The notes beneath the pieces are model-generated. The model did not search any database, had not been told where the DNA came from, and worked only from the letters and a program-made list of their open reading frames with translations. Shown piece after piece: positions 1-9,290 of a DNA stretch of 16,293 nucleotides. The first letter of the stretch is position 1; every line of letters starts with the position of its first letter. The position numbers and the translations under genes were made by a program. This DNA is from Nitrospirota bacterium (GTDB taxonomy: Bacteria > Nitrospirota > Nitrospiria > Nitrospirales > Nitrospiraceae). The DNA lies in assembly GCA_963703955.1 (NCBI GenBank), contig CAVPGK010000008.1, positions 1-16,293 on the forward strand, given 5' to 3'.

Positions 1-386
1 ATGATCGGCGAGCCGTGGTGGTGAATCAATGTCCACCGGTTTTCGACAAGTTCGTACAGGTTGGTGGCTAACACTTGGCTTTCCCGAACAGTCTCTCCCT
101 GCCGACTGGTGATGTTCTCGGTACAAATGACCCACGCCATATCGCCTGCTACCTGGACTTGAATCTCCGTGAGGTCAAATTTCATGGAGAAGGTGTTGTT
201 GAAGATCAGCACCCAGGAGTCACGGACCGAGGGCCAGCCCACTCGCAAGGTCCAGCCCGGGTGGATACATGTCACATACTCCTGCTGTGACCACACCCGA
301 TCCATCCGGACAATATCAAGACTCTCAAACGCCTCGTAAAACTCCTGATTCACGCGCGTGACTTCCTGTATGCGTTCTCTGATCAT
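1..386 (-). CDS. NTF2-like / SnoaL-like (SnoaL_3) family protein, 3' end cut off by the window edge
   Basis: Manual translation from ATG at 386 (AAGGGA RBS just upstream): MIRERIQEVTRVNQEFYEAFESLDIVRMDRVWSQQEYVTCIHPGWTLRVGWPSVRDSWVLIF...LATNLYELVENRWTLIHHHGSPI. The N-xx-FY-xAF, CIHPGW and W-xx-(I)HHHxS motifs are typical of this family. It is missing from the ORF track because there is no stop codon in the window. Confidence 0.88.
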   Translation of the reverse strand, partial: MIRERIQEVTRVNQEFYEAFESLDIVRMDRVWSQQEYVTCIHPGWTLRVGWPSVRDSWVLIFNNTFSMKFDLTEIQVQVAGDMAWVICTENITSRQGETVRESQVLATNLYELVENRWTLIHHHGSPI

Positions 387-501
387 GCGTCCCTTATCCA
401 TACGGCCGCTATCATACTGGAAAGCCCTCTCTCCGTGCATGCCGAATGTTCGAGCGGAAGCCGCTGTCTCGTCGCCTTGCCGTTTCTGATATAAATCAAC
501 G

Positions 502-1557
502 ATGAGTTTGGATGCGACAATCCCGGAATTTATTCCCCATCCGCTGCTGAGACATCCTGACGTCATGACGCTCTTTCCTCGTTGCTGGCCTCGAGTCGGA
601 TTGCTCCGAGGCATTCCCGTTGAAGTCCGGTTGTTCGCCGTCTCTCCCGATTCTCGCTTGCTGGGATACTGCCACTGGCAGCCTGGACCAAAGCGCCGGC
701 CCACCTTGATTCTCATCCACGGATTGGAAGGCTCCAGCGAATCTCATTACATGCTCGGCATTACGAGAAAAGCGTGGCGGGCGGGGTACAGTGTCGTCCG
801 ACTCAACCAACGCAATTGCGGCGGGACCGAAAGTCTCACCCCCACGCTCTACAACAGCGGGCTGAGTGAAGACCTCAGGGCTGTGGCCGCGGAACTGACG
901 ATTCACGACGGCATCGAAGCGATCTGGTTAGCGGGGTACTCCATGGGGGGCAATTTGATACTACGGATGGCCGGTGAGGCGGGAACGGATTTCCCGAGCC
1001 TGCGTGGCGTCGTGGCGGTGTGCCCCAATATTGATCCCGCCGCCTGCGTGGACGCCCTGGAACAGAAACGCAATTGGATGTATCACCGGTTCTTTCTCAA
1101 GAGTCTGGTGGCGCGACTACGACGAAAGGCCCGGCTCTTTCCCGAAAAGTTTGATCCCACGGGTCTCTCATTGATCCGGACACTTCGGGCGTACGACGAT
1201 GCCTATACCGCACCTGATGGTGGATACCTGGACGCCGCGGACTATTATGAGCGAAGCGGCGCTCGACACGTGCTGGGAGCGATCTCGGTGCCAACCCTCG
1301 TTCTCACGGCGCAAGACGATCCGCTCATCCCCTACCGGCTCTTCCGGATTCCCGCTCTGACCACCAACCCCTGGATTCGCGTGGTCGTCACGCCGCACGG
1401 CGGTCATTGTGGATTCATTCAGCGACGGAACCCCCGTGAAGATATGTTTTGGGCCGAAAATCGTCTGATCGATTTCATCACGGCGACGGAAGCCCGTCGT
1501 GGCACCTTCATGGCGCCAAGCGGTGGTGAGAAGGAGCATGTCTATGGGGAAACCTGA
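502..1557 (+). CDS. YheT-like alpha/beta-fold hydrolase (putative esterase/lipase)
   Basis: 351 aa ORF with HGLEGSS, the nucleophile elbow GYSMGG, AQDDPLI (acid) and HGGHCGF (His), a pattern characteristic of the YheT/ABHD family. Confidence 0.9.
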   Translation: MSLDATIPEFIPHPLLRHPDVMTLFPRCWPRVGLLRGIPVEVRLFAVSPDSRLLGYCHWQPGPKRRPTLILIHGLEGSSESHYMLGITRKAWRAGYSVVRLNQRNCGGTESLTPTLYNSGLSEDLRAVAAELTIHDGIEAIWLAGYSMGGNLILRMAGEAGTDFPSLRGVVAVCPNIDPAACVDALEQKRNWMYHRFFLKSLVARLRRKARLFPEKFDPTGLSLIRTLRAYDDAYTAPDGGYLDAADYYERSGARHVLGAISVPTLVLTAQDDPLIPYRLFRIPALTTNPWIRVVVTPHGGHCGFIQRRNPREDMFWAENRLIDFITATEARRGTFMAPSGGEKEHVYGET

Positions 1558-1565
1558 AGGGGGGG

Positions 1566-2423
1566 TTAGTGTCCTGCCCGTCGTTTCCGCTTGGGCTTGG
1601 CATCCTCGAAGCGCAGACGATCAGACCCTCTGCGTCTGCCATGGGGATAGCTGGCAATCAATTTTTCGCGTTGCACCGTGGTCAGGAGAGCTTCGGCTGC
1701 TCGCAAGGCTTTTACACCTTCCATGCGATAGAGCGTCTGGGAATTCTCCGACGACCGGAAAGCCGTTTCGATATCCGAGAGCGCGGCCGAATCATCTTGG
1801 ATGAGTGTTTGGGCATGTAATTCGGCAACCATGGAGTCCGCTTCGTGCGCGAGACAGTTCTTCTCATATTCGCTGATAATCATTTTGAGTTGGGTCACCT
1901 GTTGTCCGGACAATCTCATCTCTTGTTGATCCACCAATCTGGTGAGAACATTCAGCACGAAATCCCCGATCCCATCGGAGCCGTCGGAAAGCTCCTCAGG
2001 CTCTATCGGATCGGCGTCCAACATCTCACGCACCCTTGGCAAGAGCGTGTCTGGACTTATCGGCTTTTCGAGAAACGCAGCGCCGTCTTCAAGCAATTTC
2101 TGGCCGAACACCACGTCTTTCGGGTATCCGGAGATGTACAGGATTTTCATGTCGGGACGTAATGATTCCAAGCGCCGACCCAGCTCGCGACCATTGATTC
2201 CCGGCATCATCAGATCAGCCACCAGGAGGTGAATCGTGCCTTGGTGCCGGCCAACGGCCATCAGGGCCCCGCTGTTGAAGCGGGCATCCAATACGCTGTA
2301 GCCCTTCATCCGCAACGTTTCGCGAAGTAATACCCTCACGGCGTCGTCATCATCCACAACGAGGATGGTCTCCGATCCTCCGGGTAACCGCGCAAATTCG
2401 CTCCCTGCTTTCAACGACGCCAT
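1566..2423 (-). CDS. Response regulator: receiver domain fused to a C-terminal Spy/CpxP-like (LTxxQ) helical domain
   Basis: The start is probably ATG at 2423 (GGGAG RBS), giving 285 aa. The receiver has ILVVDDD, the phospho-Asp in LLVADLMMP, ISGY and LEKP. The C-terminal helical region is bracketed by LSGQQ (1899-1913) and LTTVQ (1671-1685). The receiver call is strong; the C-terminal domain call rests on pattern recognition. Confidence 0.8.
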   Translation of the reverse strand: MASLKAGSEFARLPGGSETILVVDDDDAVRVLLRETLRMKGYSVLDARFNSGALMAVGRHQGTIHLLVADLMMPGINGRELGRRLESLRPDMKILYISGYPKDVVFGQKLLEDGAAFLEKPISPDTLLPRVREMLDADPIEPEELSDGSDGIGDFVLNVLTRLVDQQEMRLSGQQVTQLKMIISEYEKNCLAHEADSMVAELHAQTLIQDDSAALSDIETAFRSSENSQTLYRMEGVKALRAAEALLTTVQREKLIASYPHGRRRGSDRLRFEDAKPKRKRRAGH

Positions 2424-2750
2424 CAATCTCCCCGACACACGAAACTCCCTCAAAGTATAGTTGATTCTCATATATTGGGCCACCGGAAATCAAGGCTTCT
2501 TGGCGTACGAATAGGACAAGGATGAGTATTTCTACCGCTCTTGTGATCACCTCGTCACATCTTCCCATGTGTGATTTGGTGAGCTTGCGCGCAGTAACTC
2601 TTCGAACGCAGAGGTCAAACGCGCAGGCAACCTGTCAGGATACGAGAACCGCCCAGGATATGGCCGAGTCAGATGGAGAGAGGTGCAGCGACACGGATGC
2701 GGTTGATCTCGAAGCTATGTGAGGACTACATGGAACCGAGTCTCGAAGGG

Positions 2751-4220
2751 CTATTTTCGTAGCGGGAGATCAAGCTCGGCGAGTCGTCGGTACAAAGTTG
2801 CTCGGCTTATCCCAAGCAGGCGAGCGGCCAGCGTGCGATTGCCCTTTGCGCTTTCAATGGCCGCCACTAAGCGGCCCCTCTCATCCTGGGGGGCATTTGT
2901 CAGAGCCGACGGGATCAGCAAGGACTGAGAAGCGTTGGGTTCCACTACCTCGGGAGGAAGGTCCTCAACCTGTATGATAGTGTCTTTACAGGAAATCACT
3001 GCGCATTCGATGGCGCTTTTCAATTCTCGCACGTTCCCAGGCCAATCATAGATTTTCAGTGCGTGCATCGCCTCACGACTGATGTCATGCACCGGCTTCC
3101 CCGTAGCCGCGCAGCTCTGCCCAAGAAACGAAGCGACGAGGAGCGGAATATCTTCCCGACGGTTTCGAAGAGAAGGCAGTTGGATCCGAGCCACACGGAT
3201 TCGGTACAAGAGATCCGCCCGAAATGATCCCTGCACCACATCTTGGCGCAAGTTGTGATGCGTGGCCGTCAGCACACGAACATCGACCTTTCGGGGCTTG
3301 GATTCTCCGACTCTCGTGACCTCCTTTTCCTGAAGGACTCGAAGGAGACTGGTTTGAACCGAGGCCGAGACATCACCAACCTCGTCGAGGAACAGGGTGC
3401 CACCATGGGCCGCCTCAAAGAGGCCTTGCTGGTGGTCAAAAGCGCCGGTAAATGCCCCTTTCTTGTGTCCGAATAGCTGACTGGCCAATAAGGAATCGGT
3501 CAGTCCCGCGCAATTGACGGCAATAAAGGGATTGGCTTTCCGTGCACTGGCAAAATGGATCGCCCGCGCGACAAGCTCTTTCCCTGTTCCCGTCTCCCCC
3601 TCAATAAGTACCGTCGTCTCTACCTTCGACAGTTCACGGATCTGCTCGTAGACAAGTCTCATGGCCGTGCTTTTTCCGAGAAGATCCTGGAAGGGCCCTT
3701 TTTCATTGAGCTGCCGCCGAAGGTCTTGCAATGTCTCTTCACGCTCTCGCAGGGCTTGTTCGGTTTGCTTCTGTTGCTCACGATTGCGCGCCCACTGCTC
3801 GGCGATCGTGAGCCGGACTTTTAGGAGACTGAAATCCACCGGCTTCGCCATGTAATCATTCGCCCCCGCTCCGAGGACCGTCAGAAGATCGTCCGGCTGA
3901 TCTCGAACGGTGATCATCACGACGATGCTCCAATCTCCGTTTGGGAGTGCCCGAATCCGACGGCAAAGCTGGATGCCGTCCATCCCAGGCAACTGCCAAT
4001 CAAGAAACACCAAATGATACGGGTCTCGTTGATATGCCTCCCAACCGGCTTCGGCATCCGCACAGGTTGTGACCCGATGCCCGTGCGCCAGCAGGACCTT
4101 TTCAATCAGCCGCCGCATATCCTCATCGTCTTCGACCACCAACGCACTCAACCCATTGGCGCGGTCGTCGCTGCCAGACACTTTTTCGACACCGTTCCCA
4201 GGATGAGTCTGGTCAGTCAT
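2751..4220 (-). CDS. Sigma54-dependent response regulator (NtrC/AtoC family: REC - AAA+ - Fis-type HTH)
   Basis: Start at ATG 4220 (GAGG RBS, overlapping the end of the Hpt gene), 489 aa. Motifs: REC (LVVEDD, FLDWQLP, MAKP), Walker [15 protein letters not shown], Walker [24 protein letters not shown], and [19 protein letters not shown]. Confidence 0.95.
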   Translation of the reverse strand: MTDQTHPGNGVEKVSGSDDRANGLSALVVEDDEDMRRLIEKVLLAHGHRVTTCADAEAGWEAYQRDPYHLVFLDWQLPGMDGIQLCRRIRALPNGDWSIVVMITVRDQPDDLLTVLGAGANDYMAKPVDFSLLKVRLTIAEQWARNREQQKQTEQALREREETLQDLRRQLNEKGPFQDLLGKSTAMRLVYEQIRELSKVETTVLIEGETGTGKELVARAIHFASARKANPFIAVNCAGLTDSLLASQLFGHKKGAFTGAFDHQQGLFEAAHGGTLFLDEVGDVSASVQTSLLRVLQEKEVTRVGESKPRKVDVRVLTATHHNLRQDVVQGSFRADLLYRIRVARIQLPSLRNRREDIPLLVASFLGQSCAATGKPVHDISREAMHALKIYDWPGNVRELKSAIECAVISCKDTIIQVEDLPPEVVEPNASQSLLIPSALTNAPQDERGRLVAAIESAKGNRTLAARLLGISRATLYRRLAELDLPLRK

Positions 4221-4539
4221 AGACAACCTCGATCCGTTCCAGATAGTTCGAGAGCTCCTTGACCCACCGATGGATTTGGATGGAATTCCTGTGCTTGGCA
4301 GCTTGTTCGAGAGCTTCCCCAATCTCGCTTATTTCCTGGAAACCGTACCCGCCGCCGTCCCCTCTCATTTTATGGCCGACCGTGCGGATAACTTCGAAGT
4401 CTCCCTGCTTCAGGGCTCCGTGAACAAACTCCACGTCTTTTCGTCGATTGTCGAGAAATCCAGGAATGAGGTCCGCGAGTTCAGGGTCAACACGAACGGT
4501 AATCTTATCGTTCCACTCGGACTCGGACCTGAGATTCAT
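4213..4539 (-). CDS. Stand-alone Hpt (histidine phosphotransfer) domain protein
   Basis: 108 aa helical protein with [12 protein letters not shown] (HxxxG phospho-His motif) followed by [12 protein letters not shown]. Its ATGA overlaps the kinase stop codon at 4536-4539. Confidence 0.92.
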   Translation of the reverse strand: MNLRSESEWNDKITVRVDPELADLIPGFLDNRRKDVEFVHGALKQGDFEVIRTVGHKMRGDGGGYGFQEISEIGEALEQAAKHRNSIQIHRWVKELSNYLERIEVVYD

Positions 4540-7500
4540 GGCAGAACCTTTTTTGCATATTCGATAATAGCTTCCATCAAGGTTACCTTTTTAATTGGTT
4601 TGGTCAAATGGGTGTTGCATCCCACCTCAAGCGAGCGGTTGACTTCTTCATGCAGGGCATTGGCCGTTAAGGCGATAATGGGGGTGGGACGACGATGGTT
4701 TTCCCGTTCCCACTGCCTGATATGTCGGGTGGCCGTGTACCCGTCCATCACGGGCATCTGCATGTCCATAAGAATCAGGTCATAGGATCCGGTTTGAAAG
4801 GATTCGACTGCAATCTCGCCATTTTCGGCGGTTTGAATCCGACAAGGGGTTTTCTTGAGGTAGGACTGAATCAGAAGCCGGTTATCAGATGAATCTTCGA
4901 CCAACAGGATGTCTAAGGCCGGGATGTCGACCGTTGCGGGCGCTGGACCGGACGGCTGCTGAGCGGTCCCTCTGGATCGGGAGATGGCGATCGTAATCGC
5001 TTTCAACAGATCAGACCGGCGAATCGGCTTGACCAGATACCCGCCAAGCCTCAACTTGTAGGTCTGCGCGATATCCGGGCTGCGATTATCCGAGGTCAGC
5101 ATCACCACCGTCATTCCGGCCATGCCCGATGTCTCATTGATTTTTTCGAGGACTTGGAATCCATTGATGTCGGGCATCCGGCAATCCAAGAGCAGCAGTT
5201 GATACGGCTCCGCGGCAGCATACGCTCGCTGGAGTTCGGCCAGCGTTTCTTCTCCACCGGGCACCTCAGTCACCATCGCGCCCCACGACGACAGTGCCTC
5301 CTTCAGGATAAGGCGGTTGGTCGCGTTATCGTCCGCAACCAAGGTTTTGACCCCATGCAGATTGATCTCGGCCGGAGACGCAATGCGCAACGGGCTGGGC
5401 TGAATACCAAAACGAGCGGTAAAGTAAAACGTGCTTCCTTTCCCCGGGGCGCTGTCAGCCCAGATCCAACCCCCCATCAAGTTGACGAGGCGCTTCGAAA
5501 TGCTCAATCCGAGCCCGGTTCCGCCATACTTACGGGTGGTTGACGAATCAGCTTGGGTAAAACTGTCGAACACCAATCCGAGCTTGTCTTGTGGAATTCC
5601 GATGCCGGTGTCGGCGATCATGAATCGCAACATTCCCGGCTCATGTGATTCAGGGTTCTTCTCGACCCGCAACACGACCTGACCGGCATTGGTGAACTTG
5701 ATGGCATTCCCGATCAGATTCAGAATGACTTGTCTCAATCGGTTGGGGTCGCCGATCAGGTCGGTCGGCACATCCGGTGCCACCGAGCAGGCCAGTTCGA
5801 TCCCTTTGTCATGAGCCCGCAGCGCCATCATCTCCGCCGTCTTGTCCACGATGTCGCCAAGATCGAACTCAATTGTTTCCAACTCCAGGTAGCCGGCTTC
5901 CACCTTTGAAAGGTCCAAAATGTCGTTAATCAAATTCATGAGGCTGATGCCGGCTCTCCGGAAAATCCCGACATACTCCTGCTGTTCCTCCTTCAGGGGA
6001 GTTTCCCATAAGAGGTCGGCCATACCGATGATGGCATTCATCGGAGTCCGAATTTCGTGGCTCATGCTGGCGAGAAATTCACTCTTGGCATGATTTGCAG
6101 CTTCTGCAGCCTCTTTCGCCTTGCGCAGCTCCTCTTCCACTTTCTTGCGGTCGGTGATGTTCGGGCAATTCCTAGGATTCCGATCACCTGCCCATCCTGC
6201 ACTTGCGGCGTGACTGTAAATTCACCGATGAGGTACTCCCCTAAGCGAGAGCGGACACGCAATTCAAATGCCGGAGGGTTGTTCCCAATTAAGACCCGAT
6301 CGAGCAACTGCGAAGCACGAGCTCTGTCTTCAGGGTGGATGAGGAGGACAACCGATCGGCCGACCCAATCGGCAACGGAGAGCCCGGTAATGATTTCGAA
6401 AGCCGTATTGAGTGACGTGATCAGCCCCTCTGAGGAAAGCGTGAAAATGACATCACGGGCGGTCTGGATCAGGCTGCGATAGCGGAGTTCCGATTCCCTC
6501 AAGGCCTCTTCCGATCGCTTGCGCTCGGTGATATCCTCCGAGATACCCAGGAGATACTGGGGGCGTCCCGAGGGATCGAGAATCGGAATTTTCTTCGTAT
6601 GCAGGAGACGGAGCCCTTTGGTCCTGGTTTGAATCGGCTCTTCAGTAATATCCAGCAGTTGGCCGCTTTTCAGAACCTGCCGATCGTTCGCCGTAAAAGA
6701 ATCGGCTTCCTCCTTTGGGAAAAAGTCGTGGTCGCTCTTCCCGACCAGATCCGCTCTTGAGTAGCCCAGCAGTTCTTCACCTGCTTGATTCACACGGACG
6801 AACCGAAGGTCCCTGGCGTCCTTCACGAAGATCATGTGCGGCAGATTCTCCAGAATCGAATTGAGAAACGTGTGGAGTCCTCGTGTCTCGGCTTCCGCTC
6901 GTTGGCGGACCGCCAGAACGCGCTTCGCGATCATGATTGCCAGAACTGCAAACACGACCGCCAGCAAGCTTCCGAACAGAATGATCGCCATCGCGTGCCG
7001 TGCGCTCGCCTGAGCCTCTTGATCCCGTTGGCTCAACGATGCAAAGGCTGTCTTCTCCATTTCCGCGCTGATCACACGGATTTGATCCATCTTCGCCTTG
7101 CCCGTTTCCATATACCGTTCTTCTAACGCGAGGTCGAACCGGCGGTTCATCCGCAGATCAATCTGCTGTTCGGCCATGGTCAGATGCTCCGCAATACGCA
7201 ACTGCAGCGCATCCAGTCTTTGCAATTGGTCCGGCTCACCCTGCAGCAACGACCGCAACGCTTGCCCGTCGGCTCCGATGATCTTCACCGCGCCGTGGTA
7301 GGGTTCCAGAAAACGCGTCTTCCCGGTGATGATGTAACCACGCAGGCCGGTTTCGGCGTCCTTGACGCAGGAAAGGACATCGTTCAATTTCTCGATGATG
7401 CTGTGGATGTGTGCGCGCTGGTCGGTGATCTGAATGAATCGACTCACGCCTTGATAGGACATGACCCCGACGCCGATCAGCACGACCAGGCCTATCGCCA

Positions 7501-7570
7501 AACCGACAATCACCATGGCTTCCAGCGGTTTGTTCACGCCGGTCTCACGGTCCTCTCCGCTCACCGCCAT
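4536..7570 (-). CDS. Membrane hybrid sensor histidine kinase (TM-CHASE3-TM-PAS-PAS-HisKA-HATPase-REC-REC), with one 1-bp frameshift near 6160
   Basis: ORFs 6062..7570 and 4536..6140 join into about 1011 aa if one base is restored in 'gcc cga ^ac atc acc gac cgc aag' (GIAR[D/N][15 protein letters not shown]). Motifs: CHASE3 DAETGLRGY...FLEPY between two TM helices, two PAS/PAC domains, H-box [10 protein letters not shown]-box [23 protein letters not shown], and two receivers (LLDCRMP, LMDMQMP). Confidence 0.92.
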
Positions 7571-7572
7571 TG

Positions 7573-8220
7573 TTACCGTGTCTCCTTCACCAAGCCTGGA
7601 TAATGTGTTTCAGCGCAGTCCGCACAGACCCCATGACTGAATTCTGCCTCCGAACGTTCTCGGATATAGATCTCAATCTGCTGCCAGGTCCCCTGATCGT
7701 TTTGAATTTTCTTACAGAAGGAGCAGATCTTAATCAGTCCCCGAAGGACCTGAATCTCCCGAAGGGCCTGCTGGAGTTCCTGATTTCTTGCCACGAGTTC
7801 GCCCTCCCGAGCCTTGCGGGCATCCGTTTCCCGTTTTAGAGCCAGTGCTGATCGAACCCTGGCGAGAAGCTCCAATGGTCTGAAGGGCTTCGTAATGTAA
7901 TCCATCGCCCCAGCGTGAAACGCATCGGCCAGAACCTGGTCTTTCTTGGTGGCGGTGACCATGATGATGGGCGTGTCATGAAGCCGCGTATCAGCCTTCA
8001 TCCGCCGGCAGGCCTCAATGCCGTCCACGTCCGGCATATCGATGTCCAGCAAGATGAGATCGATCCCGGAGTTCTCACTTTGAGAAGGGAGGTCGGCGAG
8101 ACGCGTGAGCGCTTCAGTCATCGACGCGGCAAAGAGCATATGCTGATGCCCAGCCGATCGAAGGAGAGAGTGCAACAGGCGCTGCGCATCAACCGAGTCA
8201 TCAACGATCAGGATCGGCAT
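7573..8220 (-). CDS. Response regulator: receiver + coiled-coil + C-terminal Cys-rich (CxxC...HxxCxxC) putative metal-binding domain
   Basis: 215 aa with a GGAG RBS. The receiver has ILIVDD, LLDIDMP, MVTA and ITKP. The C-terminus reads ICSFCKKIQNDQGTWQQIEIYIRERSEAEFSHGVCADC. The stop lies 2 bp before the kinase start. Confidence 0.88.
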   Translation of the reverse strand: MPILIVDDSVDAQRLLHSLLRSAGHQHMLFAASMTEALTRLADLPSQSENSGIDLILLDIDMPDVDGIEACRRMKADTRLHDTPIIMVTATKKDQVLADAFHAGAMDYITKPFRPLELLARVRSALALKRETDARKAREGELVARNQELQQALREIQVLRGLIKICSFCKKIQNDQGTWQQIEIYIRERSEAEFSHGVCADCAETHYPGLVKETR

Positions 8221-8361
8221 GCCGTCTCCACCACCGAGGTGCGGCAGGCATCGTTGCCGCGACTGCTATGGTGCAACCCGTGTCATAGTTCCAATACAAA
8301 AAGGGTTGCCTATTTTCATCTTCAGTCATAAGGACCGTTGGCTTGATGCTGCCTTGTCATC

Positions 8362-9276
8362 TCATGAATCGGCGGCGGGCCGCCGTGCCGATTGTCGATG
8401 GACTAACCAGACGCCGGCGAGAATCAACAGAATGCCGGCCAGTTCCCTGACTCCGATTGGATCGCCGAGCAGAAGAGCCGACAACACGAGTGCCGAAACC
8501 GGAATGAGGTTGATAAAGACGCCGGCACGCGCAGGTCCTACCCGCTTGACCCCATAGAGCCACGCTTGCTGTCCCAGGGCCGTTGCAAACACCACTAAAT
8601 AGGCCAACGCCAACCAGGCCGTGGCCGAGACCGTGTGGATCCCCTCAATGATCACTTTTTGATCGGTCCAGAGGAGCGGGATCTGGAACAGGACCGAGAG
8701 GAACAGGGTCGTCCAATTCACCGTCAGCGGAGAGAACCGATTCATCGTTTGGCGGCCACCGATTGTATACAGCGCCCAACTGACCAAGCCCAAGACAATC
8801 AGGGCCCCGCCCAGCCACGGCTGCTCTCCGGAGGTAGGACTGTTTCCTATCCCGGACACAAGGACCACTCCAACAAAGGATAGCACACAGCCCGTCCAGA
8901 CTAGGCGAAACGGGACATCACGTATGAGGATAGAGGAGAGAAAGGCGGTAATCGCGGGACTGGCTCCGATAATCACGCCCGCCGGAGCCGCCCCGATGTA
9001 CCGCAACCCGAACAGGGTGAGCAAATGATTGCCGAGAACGGCGATGCCCAACAGGATGAACACCCAGATGTCCGTGCCTGATATGGTCACCTGGTTCCTT
9101 TCCTGCCACCACCAGAAGGCGATCAGAATGCACAGAGCGCCCAGGCCTCGAAGGACGGAAGCCTCGACCGGAGAGAACGATCCCAGCGCTATCTTTTGCG
9201 CGACAATCGATCCGCCCCAGAAGACGGCGGCCATCGTCAGCGCGCCATAGGCAAAGGAGTGCTGCCTGACGTCCAT
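8362..9276 (-). CDS. EamA/DMT (drug/metabolite transporter) family permease
   Basis: 304 aa with about 10 hydrophobic segments in two repeats. Motifs AAVFWGGS, GLRYIGAAPAGVI, SWALYTI and GPARAGVFINLIPV. Confidence 0.92.
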   Translation of the reverse strand: MDVRQHSFAYGALTMAAVFWGGSIVAQKIALGSFSPVEASVLRGLGALCILIAFWWWQERNQVTISGTDIWVFILLGIAVLGNHLLTLFGLRYIGAAPAGVIIGASPAITAFLSSILIRDVPFRLVWTGCVLSFVGVVLVSGIGNSPTSGEQPWLGGALIVLGLVSWALYTIGGRQTMNRFSPLTVNWTTLFLSVLFQIPLLWTDQKVIIEGIHTVSATAWLALAYLVVFATALGQQAWLYGVKRVGPARAGVFINLIPVSALVLSALLLGDPIGVRELAGILLILAGVWLVHRQSARRPAADS

Positions 9277-9290
9277 GCAGGCCCCAGACT

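Noticed and set aside
75..290. 71-aa plus-strand ORF and the other short antisense or alternate-frame ORFs in the track
   Set aside because: They are shadows of well-supported genes (here the NTF2-like gene on the opposite strand), which is expected in GC-rich DNA.
1613..1639. Hairpin GCAGACG...CGTCTGC as a terminator for the convergent genes
   Set aside because: It lies inside the coding sequence of the REC-Spy gene and has no U-tract on either strand.
4221..4322. 34-aa N-terminal extension of the sigma54 regulator shown in the ORF track
   Set aside because: It overlaps the Hpt gene out of frame. ATG 4220 has a GAGG RBS and gives normal translational coupling.
8272..8286. Sigma54 promoter (TGACAC-GGG-TTGCA on the minus strand) upstream of the phosphorelay operon
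   Set aside because: It lacks the invariant GG, and the spacing to GC is 8 rather than 10 nt.
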